A stretch of 64,000 bases of DNA, from NCBI GenBank assembly GCA_049599475.1, contig JBMYOQ010000004.1, positions 64,001 through 128,000 of the forward strand, read 5' to 3'. Positions 47,376 to 58,248 of the stretch are shown here, piece by piece. Every line of letters starts with the position of its first letter. Positions within the stretch are counted from its first letter, which is position 1. The stretch is from Opitutales bacterium (GTDB lineage Bacteria; Verrucomicrobiota; Verrucomicrobiia; Opitutales; JABSRG01). Under the pieces are notes generated by a model. The model was given only the letters and a program-made list of their open reading frames with translations. It was not told the DNA's origin and did no database searches. The translations under genes were made by a program, and so were the position numbers.

Positions 47376-47672
47376 ATAGTGCCAATAGAATGGGGGGGCA
47401 GGCTTGGGCTGGTCTGCAGAGGGATAACCTGTCTAGGGAACGTGTGGTTACTCCCCTGCGATTGAATAGGTGTTTGAATAAACGTTTTACTAACTTATTA
47501 CAAGGCCGAATCACAGGTGCAGGTGATGCCTGAGAATCGGGAAATCTTCCGGCCGGAAGGCGACTCAGAAAGAAAGCTCTCGCCTAGATTATCGGTAAGC
47601 GGACTAGCCGTGTGGGCTGCTACGGATTTAAGAGTGCGCAGGGAATGGTCGTTTCACGCGCCAGAAAACACC

Positions 47673-49040
47673 TCAATCGACGTATACATTCTTCACGTTT
47701 GCGAAGGAAAGGAACCCAAACTCGCCGAGTTCTCTTCCGTATCCGCTTGATTTGACGCCGCCAAAGGGCGCTACGTAGCTACTCGCGACCTGCGCGTTTA
47801 CGAAGCAAGAGCCGGCTTCTAGTTGATTGCGTGCAATCTCCTCGGCACACGTTGTGTCTGAGGAAAAAATGGCAGCGCCGAGGCCGTAGCGTGATGCGTT
47901 GGCCAGGCGGATCGCGTCTTCAGTATCCTTTGCCTGGATAAGGGGAACCACGGGCCCGAAGGTTTCATCGTCGAAAATGGGCATGCCCGGCGTGACGTCC
48001 GTCAACATGGTGGCTGGGTAAAAAAATCCTGGGCCTTCAGGGATTTGGCCGCCCATCACGAGCTTGGCCCCTGTTTGGACACTGAGGTCGACTTGGCGTT
48101 GTAGGTTGGCTCTGAGGTCTTCGCGGGCCAGAGGGCCCATTCCGCTGGACTCGAGCATAGGATCCCCGAATGGGAAATCCCAAAAAATGTCTTCGAAGGT
48201 TGCAGCGAAGTCTTTGTAGATCCCAGGCGTCACGATCAGCCGCTTCGCGGCGATACACGTCTGCCCGGCATTCTTGACGCGAGCAGTCGCGCAGGTCCGC
48301 ACAGCGAGGTCGAGATCGGCATCATCTAAGACGATGTAAGGGTCACTTCCTCCCAATTCGAGAACGGATGGTTTGAGGTATTTGCCCGCTAGCTGTCCGA
48401 TGGCCTTTCCGGCACGCTCGCTGCCAGTGAGCGCGACGCCTTGGACCGCGGGGTGCGCGACCACTTGCTCGATCTGTGAAATCTCGATAATCAGTGTCTG
48501 GAAAACGCCTTCTGGGAAGCCTGATCGCTCAAACAGTTTCTCGATTTCTAAGGCGCAACCACAGACATTTTCCGAATGTTTGAGCAATATGGTATTGCCG
48601 ACTAGCAGGGCTGTGATTGCAAAACGGATGGTCTGCCAAAAAGGATAGTTCCAAGGCATGATCCCAAGGACTGTTCCAAGAGGACGTATCGCAATGTAGC
48701 TTTTGATCGCTTCAGTCACCGTTACCCGATCTGCGAGCTGCTCTTCGATCGTTGCGGCAAAATGACGGCAGCTAGCTACGCACTTATCGATTTCCTTTTC
48801 GGAGTCTTCAAGAAGCTTGCCCATTTCTAATGAAATCAAGCGGGCGAGCCTCGATTTGTCTTCCTCGAGGACTTTTGCCAGATTGAGGACGGCCTGGATC
48901 CGTGTATCCAGATCGAGCTGTCCCCAGTGTTTATTGGCTAGTGCGCTTTTTTCGATGCGCTCCGAGAGCTCGGCATCCGTCAAAACGGTGTAGGTGTCAA
49001 ACGCTTCACCGTTTGCTGGATTGATAGAATGAAATTCCAT
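47673..49040 (-). CDS. NAD(P)-dependent aldehyde dehydrogenase, succinate-semialdehyde dehydrogenase (Sad-like)
   Basis: SINPANGE, IMPWNYP, LTGSERAG, LELGGSD, NAGQTC, ETFGP, GGVKSSGYGRELG; ATG 49040. Confidence 0.92.
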   Translation of the reverse strand: MEFHSINPANGEAFDTYTVLTDAELSERIEKSALANKHWGQLDLDTRIQAVLNLAKVLEEDKSRLARLISLEMGKLLEDSEKEIDKCVASCRHFAATIEEQLADRVTVTEAIKSYIAIRPLGTVLGIMPWNYPFWQTIRFAITALLVGNTILLKHSENVCGCALEIEKLFERSGFPEGVFQTLIIEISQIEQVVAHPAVQGVALTGSERAGKAIGQLAGKYLKPSVLELGGSDPYIVLDDADLDLAVRTCATARVKNAGQTCIAAKRLIVTPGIYKDFAATFEDIFWDFPFGDPMLESSGMGPLAREDLRANLQRQVDLSVQTGAKLVMGGQIPEGPGFFYPATMLTDVTPGMPIFDDETFGPVVPLIQAKDTEDAIRLANASRYGLGAAIFSSDTTCAEEIARNQLEAGSCFVNAQVASSYVAPFGGVKSSGYGRELGEFGFLSFANVKNVYVD

Positions 49041-49044
49041 CTTA

Positions 49045-49362
49045 CTAAATTCCAGCTGGAGGTTTCTTGAAGGTCTCGGGGGCGTTGCGATCCGATCCAG
49101 CAACTTTGTGGTAGGTGCCGGTGAGTTTGTCTCTCTCGTATTTGGTAAAGCCGTGCTTTTCTACGTTCGAATTTTCTAGCTTATTCTTTGTGCTACCGGG
49201 GGTGTAGCGAGTCGCTAAATTGGGTGCAGAGTAGACGCGTTTGACAGGTTTTTGGGTAATTGGGTGTTCGGTGAGCGCGGGATCGGTCATGCGCTGCTCG
49301 ATTTCGAAAATCAACCCGCCGCTTCCGTCGTCATTGATTACCTGGTATTGGTAAATGGGCAT
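49045..49362 (-). CDS. FmdB-family zinc-ribbon-like protein, cysteine-free variant
   Basis: MPIYQY..FEIEQRMTD..LTEHP..PVKRVYSAP pattern with no Cys in the ORF. Confidence 0.75.
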   Translation of the reverse strand: MPIYQYQVINDDGSGGLIFEIEQRMTDPALTEHPITQKPVKRVYSAPNLATRYTPGSTKNKLENSNVEKHGFTKYERDKLTGTYHKVAGSDRNAPETFKKPPAGI

Positions 49363-49398
49363 TGTTGGATGTCTGATTCGTGTAGTTGTGGAGAGAGG

Positions 49399-50160
49399 CT
49401 ATTTTATTGAGATCCCTACGGGGCAGTGGTCGCTCCCCAGGATTTCCGGCCGAATGAAAGCATCAGCAATTTTCGGGGTAAATCGATCCGAGACGCAAAA
49501 ATAATCAATGCGCCACCCTACATTTTTGGCTCGAGCTCCCGCGCGGTAGCTCCACCAGGAGTAGTGATCGGGCTCTCCAGGGTGTTGGGCGCGGAAGGTG
49601 TCGGTGAATCCGGAATCGAGGATTGAGGACAGACTGTTGCGCTCATCATCAGTAAACCCGGCGTTTTTACGGTTGGTCTTCGGGTTCTTGAGATCGATTT
49701 CTTCGTGTGCCACGTTGAGGTCGCCGCAGAAGATCACGGGTTTCTTCTGGTCCAAGGCCTCGACATAGCTTTGAAATGCGCGGTCCCAGGTATCTATCCG
49801 ATAGGGGAGACGCGCTAGTCCACTTTGAGAATTAGGCGTGTAGACTGTGACAAGAAAGTAAGCCTCATACTCAAAGGTGACCACTCGGCCTTCGTTGTCC
49901 TCTGTGTATTCGCCCAATCCAGTCGTGATGGATAAGGGGGCCGTTTTCGACAGAATTGCGGTGCCCGAATAGCCTTTTTTCTCGGCGTAATTCCATTTTT
50001 GAAACGGGTATAGGTCGTCCAAAACCTCAGGCTGAGTCGCTTCGTTTACCTTCGTTTCTTGAAGGCAGACGATGTCCGCATCTTCCGATTTAAAATAGTC
50101 TTCGGCGCCTTTTTTCAAAACGGCACGGATCCCGTTAATATTCCAAGATATAAGCTTCAT
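49399..50160 (-). CDS. xth: Exodeoxyribonuclease III / AP endonuclease
   Basis: MKLISWNINGIRA, CLQETK, GDLNVAH, GWRIDY, GSDHCP; ATG 50160. Confidence 0.95.
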   Translation of the reverse strand: MKLISWNINGIRAVLKKGAEDYFKSEDADIVCLQETKVNEATQPEVLDDLYPFQKWNYAEKKGYSGTAILSKTAPLSITTGLGEYTEDNEGRVVTFEYEAYFLVTVYTPNSQSGLARLPYRIDTWDRAFQSYVEALDQKKPVIFCGDLNVAHEEIDLKNPKTNRKNAGFTDDERNSLSSILDSGFTDTFRAQHPGEPDHYSWWSYRAGARAKNVGWRIDYFCVSDRFTPKIADAFIRPEILGSDHCPVGISIK

Positions 50161-50179
50161 AGAAATTGGTTTGCTTAGA

Positions 50180-50845
50180 TTAGAGGCGCTCAACGAGGAT
50201 CTTCTCGGCGGCACCCATGCCCAAGGTGAGAGATTGATCCCGATCATCGATATTGAGGACAACGCACTCCGCGCTCATATTGCGCTCAATAACATTTACC
50301 CGGGTTCCAGGCATAAGGCCCGATGTCTCTGCAAATTTCAAAAACTCAGCGTCTTGGTCTTTCACGCGCGCAATTTTCACTGCGATCTGAGAATCGACCT
50401 CTGATAACGGTTCTAAAACCCGCTTCTTCCATTCTCCGTTGGCGGAGGGTATAATGTCCCCATGTGGGTCGGTGGTCGGGTGGCCTAGAAAGGCGTCAAT
50501 GTGGTTGAGCACACGATCAGATATGGCGTGCTCCAGATCCTCAGCCTCTTCGTGTATTTCAGACCAGTCCATTCCTAAGGTTTCGACGAGGAAATATTCG
50601 ATGAGGCGATGTCGTCTAAGCATTTGAATGGCAATCGCTTCGCCTTCTTGAGTCAGCGATACGCCGATTCTCGGCGTGTACTCGACCAGGCCTGATTTTG
50701 CGAGGCTCTTGATCATCGTCGTCGCAGTGCCAGGTACGACCTGCATCGCCTGTGCTACCTGTCCCATCGGTACGCAGCTCTCCTCGGATTCACGAGCGGT
50801 GAGGAAGATCTGCTTTAAATAGTTTTCAACCGTGGACGAAGGCAT
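50180..50845 (-). CDS. DtxR/MntR family metal-dependent regulator with C-terminal FeoA domain
   Basis: STVENYLK, RRHRLIE, HEEAEDLEH, DPHG, GLMPGT; ATG 50845. Confidence 0.92.
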   Translation of the reverse strand: MPSSTVENYLKQIFLTARESEESCVPMGQVAQAMQVVPGTATTMIKSLAKSGLVEYTPRIGVSLTQEGEAIAIQMLRRHRLIEYFLVETLGMDWSEIHEEAEDLEHAISDRVLNHIDAFLGHPTTDPHGDIIPSANGEWKKRVLEPLSEVDSQIAVKIARVKDQDAEFLKFAETSGLMPGTRVNVIERNMSAECVVLNIDDRDQSLTLGMGAAEKILVERL

Positions 50846-50868
50846 GGATTCACAATTTTGAAAAAGTG

Positions 50869-50886
50869 ATTTTGATAAAACAAAAT
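50869..50886. promoter_or_regulatory. Candidate DtxR/MntR operator
   Basis: ATTTTG-ATAAAA-CAAAAT palindrome 24 bp above the regulator start, between divergent genes. Confidence 0.55.
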
Positions 50887-50984
50887 TGAGAAAAACCAAA
50901 ATGAGAAATTTCATGAGCTTTGGGTTGCAGTTTCCGAATACATGCCTGTGCATTCTTAGACGCATCCACTATCCCCCACGCCAC

Positions 50985-51812
50985 ATGAATCTTCGCAGCT
51001 ACATTTTACCATCGATCCCCTTGGCCCTCTTTGTGGTTATTGGGGTGGCATGCTCCTCGAAGCCGAAGACGAATGAGGATGTAGCTGAAAGTACGGATAA
51101 TTTGGGAAAGACCCTGGTCATGGAATCCATTGAGGCGCACGGGGGTAAAGAGGCTTGGTATTCAGCCGGCTTATTGCAATTCCGTTGGCGCTATCACATG
51201 AGTGATTTGGGGCCGACCGCGATTGTCGATACCTTGCAGGTGATCGATCCTCAGGGCTTGAATGTCGTCCACGAAGTTCCAGGGGGGGAGACTCGTTTTG
51301 GATGGAATTCCGGCGAGAGTTGGATCATGCCGAAGGATGCTTCTTTCAGTCCTCCGCCGAAGTTTTGGGCGCTTACTCCCATATACTTTTTAGGGATCCC
51401 CTTTGTGTTCGACGATCCGAATGCTCGGTTTGAGCTGCTACCAGAGGTCATTCCCTTTGAGGGCAATTACTTTTCTCAGGTCAAAATCACATTCACTGCC
51501 GAAGCTGGTGACACTCCAGATGATACCTATATTTTGTTGATCGATCCCGTATCGAAGATCACCCGAGGGGCGATTTATACGGTGACCAGTCCTCTAGTTG
51601 CGCCGGATGGTCCGACCGATCCCAAGCTGATCACTCTAGACGATTTGAAATCGGTGGGAGGCGTATTACTCGCACGTGTTCACCGAACATACAGCATTGA
51701 TGATACACTCGTAGGCGACCAGATGAGATTTACCGAGGTCTCGGAAGTCGAATGGCTCGAGCGGGGTTCTGTCGATTTGGGCATTCCTGAGGGGGCTCTC
51801 GTGATCGAATAA
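50985..51812 (+). CDS. Putative lipoprotein (DUF6503-like)
   Basis: Lipobox IGVAC; SIEAHGGKEAW, GDTPDDTY motifs; ATG 50985. Confidence 0.7.
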   Translation: MNLRSYILPSIPLALFVVIGVACSSKPKTNEDVAESTDNLGKTLVMESIEAHGGKEAWYSAGLLQFRWRYHMSDLGPTAIVDTLQVIDPQGLNVVHEVPGGETRFGWNSGESWIMPKDASFSPPPKFWALTPIYFLGIPFVFDDPNARFELLPEVIPFEGNYFSQVKITFTAEAGDTPDDTYILLIDPVSKITRGAIYTVTSPLVAPDGPTDPKLITLDDLKSVGGVLLARVHRTYSIDDTLVGDQMRFTEVSEVEWLERGSVDLGIPEGALVIE

Positions 51813-51824
51813 TTTTTTGGGAGC

Positions 51825-52526
51825 ATGGTTAATTTTGAAGAATTTGAGAAGAATGTAGCGACAATCCAGGGACGTGTTTCGCAGGCATGCCAGCAAGCAG
51901 GGCGAGCCCAGGGTTCGGTATCGATTCTACCGGTTACTAAGACGCATCCAGCCGAGGCAGTGAGCTTTGCGGCGGATCTGGCTTATAAGTCTGTGGGCGA
52001 AAATCGGGTCCAGGAAGTCCTTGAAAAACAATCGACAGGTGAAGCGCGCGGAGTGGGATTTGAGCTTATTGGGCACCTGCAATCAAACAAAGCGAAACAA
52101 GCGGTTGAGACCTGTGAACGTATTCAATCTGTCGATTCAGAAAAGTTGATGCGCCGCATCGACCGCCTAGCTGGAGAAATCGGCAAGACACAGCGTATTT
52201 TAGTTCAGGTAAACGCGGGTGAGGATCCGGCTAAATTTGGAATTCGCTGTGAGGAGTTAGAGGCTTTTTTGAAGGTCGGCGTGTCGCTTGAAAACATCAA
52301 AATTGAAGGTCTGATGACGATCGCACCCTTGGATGATGATCCAGAAGTTGCGCGGATGACCTTTCGTCGGCTACGTGAAATCAGGGATGCCATGGAAGCA
52401 GAGCTCGGATTGGCGTTACCAGAACTTTCCATGGGCATGACTGGCGATCTGGAAATCGCAATTGCCGAAGGGAGCACGCAAATACGCGTGGGTTCAGCTC
52501 TTTATGGCGCCAGAAATTACGGGTAG
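51825..52526 (+). CDS. yggS: YggS family PLP homeostasis protein
   Basis: VTKT, GENRVQE, IGHLQSNK, LSMGM, GSTQIRVG. Confidence 0.95.
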   Translation: MVNFEEFEKNVATIQGRVSQACQQAGRAQGSVSILPVTKTHPAEAVSFAADLAYKSVGENRVQEVLEKQSTGEARGVGFELIGHLQSNKAKQAVETCERIQSVDSEKLMRRIDRLAGEIGKTQRILVQVNAGEDPAKFGIRCEELEAFLKVGVSLENIKIEGLMTIAPLDDDPEVARMTFRRLREIRDAMEAELGLALPELSMGMTGDLEIAIAEGSTQIRVGSALYGARNYG

Positions 52527-52529
52527 AGT

Positions 52530-53381
52530 TTAATAGCCCAGTATCCGGATGCTGGCAGCGTTGGCCGCTTCTAGAACCTTGTCCTTATCGAGCATAAGTG
52601 TTTTACCGGATTCTAGGGCGACGTGCTTAATCCCATTTTCTTTCAGGGTCTCGACAGTCTTTAAGCCAAAAACCGGGACATCGTATCGATAATCCTGGGC
52701 CGGTTTTACGGTTTTGATGAATAGGGGAGTTTTGGTTTGAAAACCACCAGCACGCTTTAGCATTTCATCCGTGCCTTCGAAGGCCTCGACGGCTAGGACG
52801 GTGCCTCCATTGACGACCACTCCCTGGCCAATATCAAGGCGAGCGACTTCTTTCGCGATGGAGATGCCGTAGTCTACAGAGCTTTGATCGATTCCGAAAG
52901 AGCGTTGCCCCGTCATGATCCCAGGGGAAGCTATATGATCGTCCAAGAAGGAACGTCCATCAAGCATATGCATATCTCGTTTCTCGATCTCTTCCCCGAT
53001 CGCGCTGAAAATAGATTCGGCATTCTTTTCCTTTAAACGTGCTAAGATTTGCACGGCCATGAAATCTGGATGCAGGCCGTTGAAGAGCTTACGCGGTGTA
53101 ATGGAGCCCGCCATCATAGCGTGGGTAGCTCCCATTTGTTTCAGCGCTTTGACTGTCTTGCCGACCTGACCAACTTTAAAAATTTTAAAGTCTGCCTCCT
53201 CGAACTTCGATACAAATTCTTCAGAGGTCTCATTTGCATATCCCACAATAACGCATCGCGCTCCCAAGGATATGATCTTCTCGCGTAGAAGTTCAGGATA
53301 GCGTCCCTGGCCAGCGATGATTCCGATGCATGCCGAAGAAGGATCGAAGCCTTCCGGGAGAAATTGAAATGAAGCATCCAT
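52530..53381 (-). CDS. lpxI: UDP-2,3-diacylglucosamine diphosphatase LpxI
   Basis: GIIAGQGRYP, DIGQGVVV, AVEAFEGTD, QDYRYDVPVFG. Confidence 0.92.
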   Translation of the reverse strand: MDASFQFLPEGFDPSSACIGIIAGQGRYPELLREKIISLGARCVIVGYANETSEEFVSKFEEADFKIFKVGQVGKTVKALKQMGATHAMMAGSITPRKLFNGLHPDFMAVQILARLKEKNAESIFSAIGEEIEKRDMHMLDGRSFLDDHIASPGIMTGQRSFGIDQSSVDYGISIAKEVARLDIGQGVVVNGGTVLAVEAFEGTDEMLKRAGGFQTKTPLFIKTVKPAQDYRYDVPVFGLKTVETLKENGIKHVALESGKTLMLDKDKVLEAANAASIRILGY

Positions 53382-53385
53382 CCAG

Positions 53386-54183
53386 CTATTGATTCTGCTT
53401 GCGCTCGGGTGTGATCCACACGACGTCCGTCAAATCGGTTCCGAGGAGTGTCGCGTTATTGCTGTTTTGGGTAAAGTAGACGCGCTTCGCGTTGGCTCGT
53501 GCGATCTCGATTTGGCGCACGTGAATAGGGTCTTGTTCCCAGGTCTTGCGAGAGAGTGAATTCAGGCGGATGGCAGATGTATCAGAAAGTTCGATGCACC
53601 TGCCCTCTGAAATCATTAACGGGTTTTGAGTGTATTCGTTTTCAAAATATACTTGGCCCGATTCGATTCCAACCATGACGAATCCGCTGAATACTTTCAC
53701 AACGCCAGTGGCCCGCTGGACTCGTAGATCGCCTAGATGAGTTTTTATGGTAAAGGTTGACTCGTCATTGAGGTGATCCGCTCTGAATGCGAAGGAGCCT
53801 TGTCTTACCCGAATAATTGTCTGGCTGCGCGTCGTCTCGCGCTCCCAGGGAAGGGTGTCTCGGAAGCGTAGATTGCCAGAGAGTTGTTCGATCTCCCAGC
53901 GAGCTCCCTCCATGGCGTGCACGCTAATTTGGTTTCCCAATACGATGCCAATATCATCCTGATAGCCTTGATGGAATTTGACTGCGTTTGGGTCGAAGAC
54001 TTCACGGAGCGATACGCGTTTGCCTTCCATCTGTGGCGAGCCAGATAGGGTGACCACCGCAGCCAGGGCCTGCATCTCGCGGCTGCTCCCAAAGCCATGC
54101 AGGTTGGTCTGTCCATTCAGAGCACTAGCCAGGCAAAGGCAAGTAAGCGCGACTAGCTTTCTGATGATGGAGGTAGCTTGCAT
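53386..54183 (-). CDS. Secreted hypothetical protein, FecR-like beta domain
   Basis: Signal peptide; VRQGSF, STFTIKTHLGDLRV, ESGQV resemble FecR. Confidence 0.6.
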   Translation of the reverse strand: MQATSIIRKLVALTCLCLASALNGQTNLHGFGSSREMQALAAVVTLSGSPQMEGKRVSLREVFDPNAVKFHQGYQDDIGIVLGNQISVHAMEGARWEIEQLSGNLRFRDTLPWERETTRSQTIIRVRQGSFAFRADHLNDESTFTIKTHLGDLRVQRATGVVKVFSGFVMVGIESGQVYFENEYTQNPLMISEGRCIELSDTSAIRLNSLSRKTWEQDPIHVRQIEIARANAKRVYFTQNSNNATLLGTDLTDVVWITPERKQNQ

Positions 54184-54207
54184 CAAGGATCTGAGAGCGG
54201 GGAACAA

Positions 54208-56805
54208 TTAATTCGCAACGAGATTTACTAGTTTACCCGGGACATATATCTCACGACGGATTGTTTTACCGCTAATGTGTGAATCAATTTTGGGGTCAAC
54301 TTTGGCCATATTCAGGATCTCTTCTTTTGAGATGTCTTTGGACACATTGACCACATTGCGCGTCTTTCCGTTCACCTGAAATACAATTTTCATGGAATCT
54401 TCGACAAGTTTGCTCTCATCGAAGCTCGGCCAAGGCGCTTTGCAGACAGAAGGCTTATTCCCTAAACGCTCCCAAAGCTCTTCAGTGATATGCGGAGCAA
54501 AAGGGGCTAACAATTGGACAAAATTCGTGGCAAAAGAAGTTGGATAAGCCTCCGCCTTTTGCATCCGGTTGATGCATACCATGAGCTGGGAGATAGCGGT
54601 ATTGAATCTCAGCCCTTCGATATCCTCTGTCACTGATTTGATCGTTTGATGCAATACTTTCGCGGTCTCGGAGTCTGCTGAGGCATCGTCGCTGATCTTT
54701 GCGCTGATTTTTCCAGTCTCTGTATCAATGATTTCGGACCATACTTTCTTCAGAAAGCGGACCATACCTTGGATGCTCTGAGTGCTCCATGGTTTCATCG
54801 CTTCCAGAGGCCCCAGGAACATCTCATAGAGGCGCAGTGCATCCGCTCCGAAATCCTTTACGATATCGTCAGGGTTTACGACGTTGCCACGGCTCTTGGA
54901 CATCTTTTGCCCATCTTCTCCGAGAATGATGCCTTGGTGGAAAAGGCGTTTGTATGGCTCGGGCTGAGACAATACACCGATGTCGTAGAGGAAATGATGC
55001 CAGAAACGCGCGTACAGTAGGTGCAAGACCGCGTGCTCTGCGCCGCCAATATAGATGTCGGGAGTTTGCCAAATCTTCTCGGCTTCGGGTCCGACTAGAG
55101 CTTCCGCGTTTGCGGGATCCATGTAGCGCAGGTGATACCAGCAGGAGCCCGCCCATTGAGGCATGGTGTTTGTCTCCCGTACTGCAGAAACCCACGCATC
55201 GCCCGTCTCGACAGCTTCAGTCGCTGGGACGATCGTGCCTGTTTGGATGTTTACCTGGACTTCGAGCCAGGGTGAAATGGTGGCAAGAGGAGATTCTCCC
55301 GTTCCAGAAGGCTGGTAGCTCTCTGTTTTAGGCAGCTCTAGAGGTAGATGCTCAGGCAATACCGGAAGGGCATACTTAGTAACACCGTCTACCAAGCTCG
55401 TTACGGGCTCTTCTGGCATATAGTCTGAAAGTGCAGATCCTTCAGTGCTTTTTACCTTCTCAAAGTCTTCAAGGCTCACCCAAACCATCGGGATGGGCTC
55501 TCCCCAGTAGCGTTGGCGTGAGAAGATCCAGTCTCGAAGTTTGTAATTTACAGTGGCCTCTGCAGAGCCTGATTCGGCGAGTTCGCCAACGATTTGTTTC
55601 TTGGCCTCTTCGCTGGAAAGTCCGGTATATTTGCCGGAATTGATTAGAGAGCCTTTTCCGGAGAAAGGAAGCTTGGTTTCATTATCTTCCTTCTCAGAAC
55701 CTGGCGTAATTACCTGGATGATTGGAATCGAAAACTGTTCTGCGAATTCGAAGTCGCGCTCATCATGAGCAGGAACAGCCATGATGGCGCCTGTTCCGTA
55801 CGAGATCAGAACATAATCGGCGATCCATATCGGAATCTTGGCGCCGCTAGCAGGGTTTATGGCGTAGGCACCTGTGAACTCACCGGTCTTCTCTTTAGCT
55901 AGGTCAGTGCGATCGAGGTCGCTCTTCTTACTCGCAGTGTCCTGGTAGGCTCGAATGGCTTCAAGGCGATCCTCGGTGCAAATTTTATCAACGAGTGGGT
56001 GCTCCGGCGCGATTACCATGTATGTGGCGCCGAATAGGGTGTCGGGACGCGTCGTAAACACTCGGAGTGTTTCAGAGTCGTGACCGTCTACTGCGAAATC
56101 TATCTCCGCGCCTTCGGATCGACCGATCCAAGCCTTTTGCATGCGCTTGGTCGAATCGGGCCAATCAAGACCCTCCAAACCAGTCAAAAGTTTTTCTGCG
56201 TAAGCGGTGATTCTTAGAACGACCTGGCGAAGGTTGCGGCGCTCGACTGGATGGCCCCCGACTTCGCTCTTGCCATCAACCACTTCCTCATTCGCCAATA
56301 CGGCTTTTAGAGTATCGCACCACCAAACGGGTTTTTCATCCACATAGGCCAAGCCGTGCTTAAACATTTGGAGGAAGATCCACTGGGTCCACTTGAAGTA
56401 GTCGGGGGAGGTCGTGTTGATCTCGCGATCCCAGTCGTAGGCAAAGCCGATCTTTTTGATCTGCTTGCGAAAATTTTCGACATTTTCTTTGGTCGTGGTT
56501 GCGGGGTGTGTCCCGGTCTTAATCGCATATTGCTCAGCGGGTAATCCGAACGCATCCCAGCCCATCGGGTGCAGCACGTTGTAGCCGTTGGCCCACTTGA
56601 ATCGGCAGAGAATATCGGTGGCCGTGTAGCCCTCGGGGTGACCAATGTGCAGACCAGACCCAGACGGATAGGGGAACATGTCGAGGGCATAGTATTTGGG
56701 CTTCTCGGCTGTGTTTTCAGCGCCAAATGTTTTGTCTTGGGTCCAAAAATCTTGCCAATGCGGTTCGATCTCTGAGGGCTTATAATCTGAGCAGTCCGTT
56801 GCCAT
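54208..56805 (-). CDS. leuS: Leucine--tRNA ligase
   Basis: MFPYPSG.GLHIGH, FTTRPDT editing domain, KMSKS. Confidence 0.98.
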   Translation of the reverse strand: MATDCSDYKPSEIEPHWQDFWTQDKTFGAENTAEKPKYYALDMFPYPSGSGLHIGHPEGYTATDILCRFKWANGYNVLHPMGWDAFGLPAEQYAIKTGTHPATTTKENVENFRKQIKKIGFAYDWDREINTTSPDYFKWTQWIFLQMFKHGLAYVDEKPVWWCDTLKAVLANEEVVDGKSEVGGHPVERRNLRQVVLRITAYAEKLLTGLEGLDWPDSTKRMQKAWIGRSEGAEIDFAVDGHDSETLRVFTTRPDTLFGATYMVIAPEHPLVDKICTEDRLEAIRAYQDTASKKSDLDRTDLAKEKTGEFTGAYAINPASGAKIPIWIADYVLISYGTGAIMAVPAHDERDFEFAEQFSIPIIQVITPGSEKEDNETKLPFSGKGSLINSGKYTGLSSEEAKKQIVGELAESGSAEATVNYKLRDWIFSRQRYWGEPIPMVWVSLEDFEKVKSTEGSALSDYMPEEPVTSLVDGVTKYALPVLPEHLPLELPKTESYQPSGTGESPLATISPWLEVQVNIQTGTIVPATEAVETGDAWVSAVRETNTMPQWAGSCWYHLRYMDPANAEALVGPEAEKIWQTPDIYIGGAEHAVLHLLYARFWHHFLYDIGVLSQPEPYKRLFHQGIILGEDGQKMSKSRGNVVNPDDIVKDFGADALRLYEMFLGPLEAMKPWSTQSIQGMVRFLKKVWSEIIDTETGKISAKISDDASADSETAKVLHQTIKSVTEDIEGLRFNTAISQLMVCINRMQKAEAYPTSFATNFVQLLAPFAPHITEELWERLGNKPSVCKAPWPSFDESKLVEDSMKIVFQVNGKTRNVVNVSKDISKEEILNMAKVDPKIDSHISGKTIRREIYVPGKLVNLVAN

Positions 56806-56992
56806 GTGTCTTGAAAATTTTAAAAGGGTCGGAGTGTGCCAAATTGAGCAGGGGCGTCAATAGTGCTGTCAATTGCGTTAGATTCTTCGCTTCTAAGGAG
56901 TGGCATCGCCGCACAGATGTTCTTCTAAGCCTGAAGCTAGGACCGTTAAATTGAAGCTGGAAGTGGCGGAGTAATTGCTAGAGTTCTGCGTC

Positions 56993-58075
56993 ATGGACTC
57001 TGATATGTTGATTGTTTCTATTGGCTATATTGCGGCGGGCATTTTGATCGGCTCTGTCTTGAAATACTTTTTCGGGATAGTCGAATCGAAGCAGGCTAGG
57101 GAGCATTGGCTGAGGAAAAGCCTGTTTATGGCGGCGAAGGACTCGGTCTTAATCATCGCAATAGGCTATGGCCTTCGTGGAGGCGTTGGGGCTTGGGAGT
57201 TCTCAGAGGCAATGGCGGGTATCGAAAGTATGCTGCTCGTCGCGATCAGTGTGATTGTCAGCGTTGGTTATGGGGTATTGGCCTACAAGCTGATTGATAT
57301 TCCAGATACCTTTTTGACGATACGAGCGGCCAAGACGCCGAGTAAGGTAGACGATATGCTCGCACCCATTTTGCGGCGAGTTTTGCACATTCTGGTCGTT
57401 GCCTTCGTGATTCTTCAGGTGGCTCATGTGGTGAGCGGCAAAGAAATCGGAGCCATAGTCGCAGGTCTTGGTATAGGAGGTTTAGCCATAGCGTTGGCTG
57501 CTCAGGATACGGTTAAGAATTTCTTCGGAGCCACTGTCATATTTGCTGAAAAGCCTTTCGATTTGGGAGAGCGGATAAACTTTGAAGGACATGACGGAGT
57601 TATTGAAAGCGTCGGATTGCGCTCCACACGCATGCGCAGGCTAGATGGACATTTGGTGACGATTCCAAATGCGAGTTTGGCTAATTCAGTGATCCACAAC
57701 ATCGCTAAGCGCCCCTACATCCGGCGGATTTTCAATATTGGAATCACCTATGATACGCCCCCTGAAAAGGTGAAGGAGGCGAAAGCTATTCTTGAGGATG
57801 TTCTCAAGGACCATGAAGGCATGGAGGCAGATTTCCCGCCTCGCGTTTATTTCAACAATTTTGAAGCCAGCTCGCTCAATTTTATTTGTATCTACTGGTA
57901 TCACCCGCCCGCATATTGGGATTACATGGCGTTCACGGAGTGGGTGAACACTGAGGTGCACCGCCGTTTTAACGAAGCTGGTATAGATTTCGCCTTCCCA
58001 ACCCAGACTGTTCACTTGGCTGGCGATCCTGATCGTCCATTGAACATTGGTGGCTCAGGCATGCCGCCTGTCTAG
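56993..58075 (+). CDS. MscS family mechanosensitive channel
   Basis: GLGIGGLAIALAAQDTVKN, GLRSTR, FAFPTQT. Confidence 0.92.
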   Translation: MDSDMLIVSIGYIAAGILIGSVLKYFFGIVESKQAREHWLRKSLFMAAKDSVLIIAIGYGLRGGVGAWEFSEAMAGIESMLLVAISVIVSVGYGVLAYKLIDIPDTFLTIRAAKTPSKVDDMLAPILRRVLHILVVAFVILQVAHVVSGKEIGAIVAGLGIGGLAIALAAQDTVKNFFGATVIFAEKPFDLGERINFEGHDGVIESVGLRSTRMRRLDGHLVTIPNASLANSVIHNIAKRPYIRRIFNIGITYDTPPEKVKEAKAILEDVLKDHEGMEADFPPRVYFNNFEASSLNFICIYWYHPPAYWDYMAFTEWVNTEVHRRFNEAGIDFAFPTQTVHLAGDPDRPLNIGGSGMPPV

Positions 58076-58248
58076 AGACAGTCTCAGATATTTGGCCGTT
58101 CACCAGAGGTATTGGGGAATTCACGATAGTAAAACCGGCTCTTAATTGGGGTCCGGGAAGTTCCACTGCTTTTCGGAATTGACCCTAAAGACCGGAGACT
58201 TTTATATCTGCCGGTTTTTCGACTTATCGACAAACCTACAAAGTCCGC

